From Raillietiella orientalis (lineage: Eukaryota): a stretch of 64,000 nt of DNA. Shown piece after piece: positions 50,150-59,789 of this stretch; positions within the stretch are counted from its first letter, which is position 1; every line of letters begins with the position of its first letter. The notes under the pieces were generated by a model. The model saw nothing but the letters and a program-made list of their open reading frames with translations, was not told where the DNA came from and did not search any database. The stretch covers positions 3,720,001 through 3,784,000 of the forward strand of contig JAYWIR010000004.1 of NCBI GenBank assembly GCA_036172245.1, read 5' to 3'. Position numbers and translations under genes: made by a program.

Positions 50150-53100
50150 GGGGAGGAAGGCGATCGAGCGTGGAGAGCTAGCATCTTCGTTGTTTGCTCG
50201 AGCGCCTATCACAATCCGCCATCGGATTGGCTAATCGCTTGCGAATCTTGGAAGATCCCGAGCTCGGTCAAGGTTCGAGGCGAGCGCCCGAAGGACCGGC
50301 GTTCGAAAGGCCAGAGGATGTCACGGGAAAGGAATGAAAATGTGGTTGGTTACTTGGTGTTTCGGGTGGGTCAAGGGGGAGAGAGAGGGGTGGGGAAAGG
50401 GCGAGGCGCCTGTAAGGCTCCAAAGCGCCTCAGTGTCCGGCGAGCTCATGAGGGATCCATCTCGGGGCTGCTGGTTGCGTGTCTTCCCGCTTCCACCCTG
50501 CCAACGGGTGTTGAAGTGAGGCCGTGGTGACGAGGTGGCCCCGAGGAAGGGGAGAGGGCGCTCTTCAAATCGATCGGTTTCCTCTTCGTTGCTTGCGAGG
50601 CGACCGCGGGCGAAAGGAAGAAAGGCGACTGCGATCTCGAACGCCGGAAGCTGCTAAGGTTTGCGGAACTTCCGGAAATTTCCGGATCTCGTAAATCCCA
50701 CGCGCGCGTGTGCGTCTCGCGATAATGATCCAGGGAAGAGAAGGATGTCCGTCCGCATCCACGCCGGCTCCTTGTGTGTGCGTCTGCGAGAGCTCTCCCG
50801 CACCCAGACGCGTCTCGGAATCGATTTTTAGGATCGACTATCGGGGAAATCGAGTTAGCCAGGTTCCTGGTTCCTTATTTTTTTTCCCCCTTTCATCCTC
50901 CTCCCCTCCCCCTCTTTCCTCTCTCCCTTCCTCATCCTCCTCCACATCCTCCTCCTTACTGGAAAGTTCCTTCCTCCGCCCTTTGTGCAAGCAAATAAAC
51001 TCGGAGAGCTTTGCCCGACAGACGGCTGGGAGGAAGCAAGGAGCTTCGAAGGATTTCCAACACTCTCCCTTATCCTCTAGACGGAAAGCGTAAGGACAGC
51101 AACGGCTTCAGAGGCGGTATCGAAACCCTTCTTGAAGTCTGGAGGAGGATTTCAGTCCCGAAGATAGACAAGCGGGAGTTCAGGGCACACGACGCAGACG
51201 TGCTGCCTTTTCGCGAACTGCACTGAGAACGAAAAGAACTTGAAGATGGACAAGGCGGCCCCTTCGAGGGCCGTGTTGCTTCCCAGGTCTCCCTCCCGGA
51301 ACCGTTGCAGTCAACACAAAAGAAGGAGGTTTGCTCTCGAATCTCCCCCCTCTCTTCCGAAAACTTCCTCTCCCTCCTCTTCCTTCGTTGTCGCCAGCTT
51401 CTCCCTGCATCCTCGCTTCTTCCCCGAGAACGAGAACTTATCGCGAGAACATCGTGGGTCATCCTAGAAGCAGACCCCCTTCCAGCCGTCATCTGATCGA
51501 GGATAATCGATAGTCGAGAGGAGCAAAAGGGACTGTCTGGAGATCGTACAGGGTTGCTGTTCTGGGGTAGGAATGAGTGGATGCGGAGGAGGGATCCATT
51601 GGCCCCGTAGGGAGAACTCGCCTATCGCAGAGGCTGGGTCTCAGGTCTGGCGTCCCTAAGCTAATGAGTTCTTCCCGAAGCTAAGCGTGGGACCACTTCG
51701 TGGGACCACGGTTGTCCCCCTTCCCTCACCATCCGTGTTGCTCTCTGCCTTTGGAAACGAGCAAGCGTCGCTGCTGCAGCTGCCAGAGACAGACCCGCGA
51801 GCAGAATCCCGATTCTGGAAGAAGAGAAAATCAGACGAAGAACGCTCGTCCAATGAGGGCATAATGATAATGATAGCAATAATGATGAGAAGAAGAGGCA
51901 GAACAGCAGGGACCCTCTTTAACTGAAGTATATGGAAACGACTAGGCGTTGAGGATACGAGCGGGCGCTGAAGAGTGTTCTTTTCAAGGCATTTCCTCTC
52001 TGGAACCATTTGTGGTGTCTCGGAGCGTCAAAGTTCGCGACCTCTGCGCCTCTCACTTGAAACGGCGGCGGAAGCGCAGAGACATCAGGAGCTTCCCAGA
52101 CCAAGTTGACGGACCCGAAAAGTGACTCGTGAAGGGGAAAGCCGTCAGCCGCCACGCAGGGGCTTTCGACTCGACGAACTCAGCAGGTTCCTAAAGGTGA
52201 CGAGGGGGGGGGGGGAGTTCGGGCGAACTTGGCAACGCCTTCGTCCTCTGGAGAGGCACGACGGAAGCGAAAGAACGGAAGGGTCCTTGCGGATGAGCAG
52301 ATCAGCGCGCGCACCTCTTCAAGAGTGGTTGGAAATTCTGGAAAGGTTGTGCTTCTCACGTCTTGGGAGGGAGTGAACTGACCAGAGTCTCCCTCATGCT
52401 ATCCCAGAGCGACGACTTCGGACACGCGGCACTCCGGGTTTCCTCTGCAGAGCTGTGCCCCGGGGCAAGCTTTCCTCTGACCCGAGGAGGAACGTGACTA
52501 CCAGGCTCCGCTGCCGACCTGCTCCTGCCGTATCAGTGAGTCCCGTGCAGCTGTACCCAGAGAGCAAGTCAGTGGCACTTCGTTGACTGCGAATGTCCGT
52601 CGCGTCGCGTGGAGAGGGGTCTTCCTCTCCGCTGACTTCTTTCGGATGCCGGCAACGACAGATTTCCTCTTCCTCCTCCTTTCTCTCCTTTCCTTGCACG
52701 CTCGCAGGCTCCCTGCAGGATAAGCAGAGGGTCGAGCGTTCTTCGGAAACACCCGCCTTCTTCCCAGAGTGAGCGGGGGTCCCTCTCCGGCAGCAGCGGC
52801 AGCAGCGCTCGTGCCAGGCGCGCTTCCGACTCGCGACTCGTTCCCGGAGGGGAAAACAAGGGCAGCGGGAAGCTAGGACGGTTCGTAGCCTCAGCTAACG
52901 GCTGCAGGCATTCTCCAAACGTTGGCTCTCCCGTGGTCTTGCTCCGTGGGACCACTCGGGAGAGCGTGGATTCTCCGAGCGACAGAAAAGCATAGAAGTC
53001 CAGTGGGGTGCGCCGTGCGTTGCATCTACTACGGCTCGGGTACGCTCGTCCACACGAGCAGGCTGTTCTTTGGCGCGACTGCGCCGATACCTGAGCCTCA

Positions 53101-53500
53101 CCGCGCGGAATGGCCAGCGTGGGTGCGCTTGTCCCGTTGCGGGGGAGGTTTTGGGCTTGGCCCAGAAAGCTCCGACGTCCTCTTGTTCTTGGAATCCTTT
53201 CTGAGCAGGGGAGTCTTCGGCAAATCGGTGGAGGAGACGGCGACATCAGAAGAGTAAAGAGGGTGGAAGAGTTGCACACCAATCCTTTTCCATTTTTTTC
53301 CGGTCGCGTGCCGCCTCTCACAGCCGTGGTGCGAAACGTCCTTCTTTTCCTACTGCAAAAACACTTCCTTCTCTAAGCTCCGTCCATCTCCTCACGATCC
53401 ATGGTCACCGCTCGTTTGCTGTTTCTGCAACAGCAGTCCATTTCCGGTTTCCCCTTCGTGGACGACCCTTTTCCCGGTCACCTGGTTACGTGAATTCTCC
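50150..53500. promoter_or_regulatory. CpG-rich, promoter-like region
   Basis: Visibly GC/CpG-rich with no convincing ORF. Palindromes tccggaaatttccgga (50671-50686) and cacgcgcgcgtg (50699-50710), ATTGG at 50226, TCTCGCGA at 50716, and gtgggaccac three times. Confidence 0.35.
50165..50240 (+). ncRNA. Candidate (imperfect) HDV-like ribozyme fold
   Basis: Order P1 cgagcg / P2 gagcta / P3 gca / L3 tcttcgt / tgt / tgctcg / ag / P4 caatccg-ccat-cggattg / gctaa / tcgctt. Has mismatches, a C at position 1 and a long J1.1/4. Confidence 0.2.
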
Positions 53501-53612
53501 ATGACACGAAGTCCGTTTGACATCTTTCGCTCCAGAAGGCACAGGAACTGACCTCAGTTCTTGTCGATCTGGACCCATGCTCTCCATAGGACTAGGAACT
53601 CCTAACTTTGGT

Positions 53613-55900
53613 TTATCATCCGGTCACGCCGGGACGTTTATTATAGAAAATAAACATCCATGTGAAGAGTCATCGGCCCTACATTGTCCGAAAATGCTCA
53701 GAACCTACCGAATAACCGGCACGAAGGCCGACGGGGTTCGCCTCGGAGGAGGAGGGGGGAGAGGAGGGGCAAACAAAAATAAAAATAAAATAAAAAATCG
53801 ATGAAAACAACTCTGAGGGGCACGGGATGGGATCTCTGTCCGCTGGATGGCGTCCTCTGCATCCTTTCCAGGATGCCGGCAAGTTCCACCCGAGTGCACT
53901 CCAGGTGGGGACATCTTGCTGCCGTCCTCATGAAGCGCAGGCCGAAGCAGATGGCGTCCCTATCGCGCCGTCCTCCTATCGCGTAGCTCCAGGTCGCCAC
54001 AATCCCTCGTAGGTAGCAGCAAAGAGCTGCTAGGGATGCGGCAGGCGAAAGGGCATCGCGCACGAAGAGGAGTTTCATCACGTCCCTGGGGTTGTCCAAT
54101 CGTGCATCAAGGGCCGTTGCGTAACGCAATCACAGGGGCAAGAGGGCACGACAAGCTGGTGCGTGAACTGGGATTCCCGTTCCCCGTGCCTGCAACCGTT
54201 GGGGTCCATAGCATCCCGGGTCCGGTGGGAGCGGCGGGAGTTGCACGAAAGACCCCAGTGCAACAGCGGAAGTGCCGACTCCTGCCACTTCAAGGGGAGG
54301 GCTCGGTTGTTCTTCAGCGCTGGGCCTGTCACTCGAGGTCTTTCTGTGGGATTGTCACCTCAGCGCAATAGTCCTTTCGGTGGGACACTTGGGATCGCAG
54401 TGTCCATGATCTGGCCCGTGGTCCAACCTAATTCCTTCGCTCTTCCTCCGATCTCACATCGGACCTCCCATTCGGCCGGCTGGTTGCTGCCCAGGTGCTG
54501 AGGGAGAGCAGTGCCGTGGCTAGGTGCCGAGGTTCTTTGTGTCCATGCACACATGGTGGGCTGCATGATGGCGTCCTGCAGCGAGCGGTTGTTGTAAAAG
54601 GAGTGCAGCAGTCGCTGCCGCATCTCTGGGCTCGCTCCATTCTTGGCCCATGTGCGAACGGTTTCCTGCAACCAAGCATTATCGTTCGCGAATGGGCAGA
54701 AGATACTTTTGTTGGTGCTGGTCAGCTTGACCAGCCGCCGGAGCTCCAGTCCGAAGCGGGACACGTTGCGTCTGCGCCTCTGTGCCAGCAACGAATAGAG
54801 TCCCGCATAGCCGGTGGTTCGCTTGACCAGGTACCGTGCGGGCTCGCACCAGTTCGTGCTCCGAAGCTTCTCTACTACGGCAAGTGTTCTCCACTGCAGC
54901 TGCCTCTCCAGGCTCTTCAGCGTTGGGAGGCCGAGGCCTCTGTCGCGACGCGGAGAGCGGAAGTTCTTCAGGCGGACTCGGGGTCTCGAGGAATTTGCAG
55001 TGATGATTCGGGCAGGTGTGCACTGCTCGCGCACGCGAGGACGCTGGTCGCCGACGCCTGGTGCATCGTGTTCAGGACATCCACCATCGCTTCCCGGTGA
55101 AACGTGCCGCTCCGCTGACAAAGCGAGCCCTCCGCTATGAAGGAAAGGCCCGATGCCTGGGAGATGCCTGCTCCCTATCCGCTCCATGAGGGAAGAAAAG
55201 GGAGAGGGAACTAAGTTGGAGCGACAAATCACCTGGAGGCGCTTGTACTCCTGGTTGCATTGTGTTCCTGCTGAGGTGGAAGAGAGGAGATCCTCCCTCC
55301 TTTCCCACTGTGCATGACTGTGAGCCCCTCCTCCCTTCCGTCTCTCCCGCCCATACCATCCTCATGCTCTGCTCCTTCCTACCATGCATAACCCGCGCTT
55401 TCCGCCTCAGGGGAAATCGCTCCCGGCACGAGTTTCCAGACTCCTGCGCGATACTGTAAAAGCGGCAATTGAAGCTTTTCAGGAAAAGTGCCGCTCCACA
55501 GGTGGTTTCTCTAGCTACCGGCGAGAACCAGGTCACAGGTTCCACTGCTAACTCTGGTGCCGCGCCGCACACCAGCAGCTGAGGTGGAAGAATGGGGAGC
55601 GGCAATAGAGTAAAAACCAGGGGTAATCGGCCGAGAGCAAGTTCCATCTTATCTCCTTCTGTCTACCATCACCAAGGAAAAGAAAATCCCTTAGCAAGTG
55701 AGTCCTTACTCTCACAAAAAGGTTCGGACAGAGGACATCGTGGGTTGAGCCCTAAGAGGTCACTGTTCGGGATGGTCTGAGGGAAATGGAGACAGGAATG
55801 GATAAGGTGTGGTACGGATATGCGGGAGAACCTCCTTTGAAGTTCACTAATTTCGCCAGTGGATCCAAACGAAATGAGAAGCGGATCCGAGGAAAAGATC
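53613..55900 (-). mobile_element. LINE 3' portion (RT remnant to 3' end)
   Basis: RVRLKNFRSPRRDRGLGLP, KLRSTNWCEPA, AWLQET, LPLKWQES, LAGILERMQ are collinear with the full ORF2. Terminal hairpin at 53620-53632. Confidence 0.85.
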
Positions 55901-56420
55901 AGGAAAGGACTTTGCTTCATGCAACTCCCGGATGCATGAGATCTACTTCATCTCTCTTCCCGAACGATTTTCCTCTCCAGTCTCCCGGAATCATTCCTGT
56001 ACCAGAAAGCTGGAGGCCCCAGCCGCAAGAGCACCGAAAGTAGCGGAGGAGGTGCTCAGGCCGCGCACCCGGAAAGAACCGCTTGCAGCTGAACATGGAG
56101 GAGTTGCCACGGAAGAATCGCTTTTTGCCCATCCAGCGCGCACGAATGACGGCAGCGGTGTGCGTCGGAAAGCTCCGAGAGATCCTCTGTTCACTTCGAA
56201 TCGTCGGTGCCCCTCCTGGACCCTCTACCCGATCAGCGCCTTTTTGTTAAATGAGTCCAATCTCTGAGGGCCCTTCGACCTGCGGGCTGCGAGGTCCCGC
56301 ATATCGAATCGTCCCCGCAGCTGTTGCTGGACTGTGATGCCCTTCAAGAATCCCGTGGCGTAGGCTGGCTTCATTGCTCCTGCACCCGGAGGGCATCTAC
56401 TCTGCAGCAACCTTCCGCAG
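55900..56420 (-). mobile_element. Possible LINE ORF1 remnant
   Basis: FRRTPLPSFVRAGW, then MFSCKRF...RCSCG after a frameshift: gag-like knuckle pattern. Confidence 0.3.
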
Positions 56421-56439
56421 CATGTTAGGATGTTGAGCT

Positions 56440-56776
56440 CAATGACAGATGGTCACGCTCATGGCAGTCACCTGCATGAGGACGGAGGCAAGGTGACCCC
56501 ATTTGAAAGAAGTCATCAGGGAAATTCTCTACACCTTGCGCTGATTCTGAGAAGGAGGGAGGTCACCAGCCAAAAGATCCCTGACCTCATCCTTCCTTTT
56601 CTCTTTTTTTTATTTATTAATTGATTGCCCCTTCCCTCCGGAACTTCCTCAGTTACTGATCTACGTGTCGGTGACCCCTCTTCATGAGCTTCTTCTCTTT
56701 CCCTTTGGGAAGTCGGTCCCCAACTTGTGCATTTTTTTCTCTCCCTTGATGAATGCCCTGGATCGACCGGCTGTAA
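56440..56776 (+). mobile_element. Short decayed LINE 3' end
   Basis: MRTEAR*PHLKEVIREI..LR*F* matches the ORF2 terminus MTSVAEWAYLPEDVRSEITGIHSRF. The UTR matches that of the 20004-20230 copy (ctgat-ctacgt-gtcgg) and ends gaatgccctgg-atcga-ccgg-ctgtaa. Confidence 0.7.
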
Positions 56777-57667
56777 CGCGCTGTTCCGCCGTCGGCGGGG
56801 GAAGTGGGGCTACCTGTCCGAGGGAAGAAGTCAGCTATCGATGCATGGAAAGCTCGGTGAGAGGCTCGCGTCGCTTCCTAGGAAGACAGGTTTCCGGAAG
56901 CGAGTCCTTCATCCTGGCAGCATCAATCCCGCCAGTTTTCCGCTCTCCCGCTCCAGCTCTACCTCCCGGTTCCCTACACGACGGCGCTTCCTTTCGTCAC
57001 AGACAGCAATCTGGAATCCCCTCCCTCCTCATCCTTTCCCCGCTTCCTGCTACTGACTTTGGCGAGCCAACCTGGAAACGGGAGGTGGAAGCTCGCGTCA
57101 ATCCCAGGAGCCGTGGAGGAAGAGGAGGAGGAGAGTGCTGCACTGGCGAGGAAGGACGCCTGGGGACTCCGGAGGCGGAAAACGGAAAGGAGCAGCATCT
57201 GAAGCATCCCAAGAGGACTTGGAGGCACCCTGATCTGCTGAGGGGATTCACAAGGGTGAACGATAGGGTACAGGTTGCCGTCCCGGGAGCCGGGAGGAGC
57301 TACCGCTTCCAGGATCCGCGAGCAACATCCCCCCCTCCCCCCTCCCCCTTTGGAATTACAGAAGGGAGCCGGAGATTCGATCCGCACATATGCCGGCGTG
57401 AGAACGGCGAGCAGAACCTCGCCCCGTCCATTTCCGTTTCCAATGCCCCTTTGACGTGCTACCCCGCGTCGATCCCTATAGGGCCCTCCATGGTGCGAAC
57501 GCCTGCCTGCAGGAAATCTTGGAAGGCGTGCTCAGCAAGCGGGGTGTCACATCAAGTGCACACGCGTAAGCGCTCAAGGAGTGCGTGCGTAATCAGACAG
57601 AGGTGGTCAAAAGTCTGCCAGGTCAGAGTAGCCCAAAGGGCTCGCCCTTTGGGCTACTCTGACCTCT

Positions 57668-57899
57668 GACCTCGCAGCCCGCAGGTCGAAGGGCCCTCAG
57701 AGATTGGACTCATTTAACAAAAAGGCGCTGATCGGGTAGAGGGTCCAGGAGGGGCACCGACGATTCGAAGTGAACAGAGGATCTCTCGGAGCTTTCCGAC
57801 GCACACCGCTGCCGTCATTCGTGCGCGCTGGATGGGCAAAAAGCGATTCTTCCGTGGCAACTCCTCCATGTTCAGCTGCAAGCGGTTCTTTCCGGGTGC
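57668..57899. repeat. Inverted duplicate of 56065-56296
   Basis: 232 bp; no differences seen on reverse-complement comparison. Confidence 0.95.
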
Positions 57900-58658
57900 A
57901 TCAAGATGAGAACGAAAGATAGATGACCATTTGATCACCCATCTGCAACAACGGAAAAAAGTAGGCATTCGATCGTCTGGCAGTATTAGAAGCTGACATC
58001 AATTGCTTGCATGCCGAGATCACTTCAAGGTGAGGTGGTCTCCAGAGAGAGCTATGGAGTGGTCCCCGTCCGTTATCAACAGGGCGAAGCCTTGGAAGTT
58101 CTCTTGAATGACCCCTTGTAAGGAAATGAGGCGTGATCACACACCACGGGCAAAACCTGTCTGTGAGCTATGACCGCACGCCGAGGATGCGCTCCAAGAG
58201 TATGCATCGGCCCACTTCTTGGAATCTTTTCCAGAAAGGTCAAATCACGTCCAGGCCTTGGAGGCGATCCGTTACTCCCGGTCGCATCGACCCATGCCGT
58301 GTAAACTGTACATCGGGGTCTCCGAGTCCTCGGATAGCTGGCTTGACACCAGGAGATGTATCGGGTGGCCATGAGAGCGCCTGAAGAGCCAGTCGACCTC
58401 TGTGAGCTCGCGTCACTCGACACTTCCAGAGTTTCGAAACAAAAGGATAGTTTGAAAATGCTGAAGACACGGCAGGAGGGATAATTCGAATGATTCAAAA
58501 GATGTCTCGAGGGAGGATGCAGTGCAAAGGATGACCGCTTCACCGAACGCTCTTCTGCGTCGATAGCAGCAAGATGAGCATTTTTGTCGACCTACGAAGA
58601 AACCAAAGAGACCCCCGGTGCACCCTGAACGCCAAAGTCGTTCACCGTTCACTACTGG

Positions 58659-59780
58659 ATCTTCTGCCCATTCGCGAACGATAATGCTTGGTTGCAGGAA
58701 ACCGTTCGCACATGGGCCAAGAATGGAGCGAGCCCAGAGATGCGGCAGCGACTGCTGCACTCCTTTTTACAACAACCGCTCGCTGCAGGACGCCATCATG
58801 CAGCCCACCATGTGTGCATGGACACAAAGAACCTCGGCACCTAGCCACGGCACTGCTCTCCCTCAGCACCTGGGCAGCAACCAGCCGGCCGAATGGGAGG
58901 TCCGATGTGAGATCGGAGGAAGAGCGAAGGAATTAGGTTGGACCACGGGCCAGATCATGGACACTGCGATCCCAAGTGTCCCACCGAAAGGACTATTGCG
59001 CTGAGGTGACAATCCCACAGAAAGACCTCGAGTGACAGGCCCAGCGCTGAAGAACAACCGAGCCCTCCCCTTGAAGTGGCAGGAGTCGGCACTTCCGCTG
59101 TTGCACTGGGGTCTTTCGTGCAACTCCCGCCGCTCCCACCGGACCCGGGATGCTATGGACCCCAACGGTTGCAGGCACGGGGAACGGGAATCCCAGTTCA
59201 CGCACCAGCTTGTCGTGCCCTCTTGCCCCTGTGATTGCGTTACGCAACGGCCCTTGATGCACGATTGGACAACCCCAGGGACGTGATGAAACTCCTCTTC
59301 GTGCGCGATGCCCTTTCGCCTGCCGCATCCCTAGCAGCTCTTTGCTGCTACCTACGAGGGATTGTGGCGACCTGGAGCTACGCGATAGGAGGACGGCGCG
59401 ATAGGGACGCCATCTGCTTCGGCCTGCGCTTCATGAGGACGGCAGCAAGATGACCTCACCTGGAGCACACTCGGGTGGAACTTGCGGGAGGGAAGGAAGA
59501 GGAGGCAAATGATGACAAGGATAGGAAATGAAGCTGAGCGGCTCGGTTCGCGAGGCATCCTCTCTTTACGTCCGAAAAAGGCTCATCGTCGAGACTAGGA
59601 GAGAGTGTAGCGGACACTGAAAGCGAAGCCGCCTATTATCTCGGAGATGGCTGGACGAAGGAAAGCAGACTAGGTGGGAGGAAGGGGATTCGTCGTCTTT
59701 GGGAAGAGAGGGCACGCATTCACCTCCACCGTGACTTTATATGGAACTTGCGGGCATCCTGGAACGGATACAGAGGACCC
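58659..59780 (+). mobile_element. LINE 3' segment, inverted near-identical copy of 53880-54704
   Basis: Identical ORF translations on opposite strands. One homopolymer indel (~58763-58768); sequences diverge after ~59452. Confidence 0.92.
59489..59741. mobile_element. 253-bp unclassified insertion with 13-bp TSD
   Basis: tggaacttgcggg at 59476-59488 and 59742-59754. Removing the insert restores collinearity with 53850-53890. Confidence 0.8.
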
Positions 59781-59789
59781 TGCAGGCCC

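Noticed and set aside
52569..53321. 250-aa minus-strand ORF
   Set aside because: No recognisable motif; expected by chance at this GC content.
56665..57669. 334-aa ORF as a gene
   Set aside because: GTG start inside a LINE 3' UTR, low-complexity Pro/Arg/Ser content, no domain, and it ends at a duplication junction.
53613..59780. Inverted arms as TIRs of a DNA transposon
   Set aside because: The arms are LINE coding sequence, no transposase was seen between them, and no outer TSD was found.
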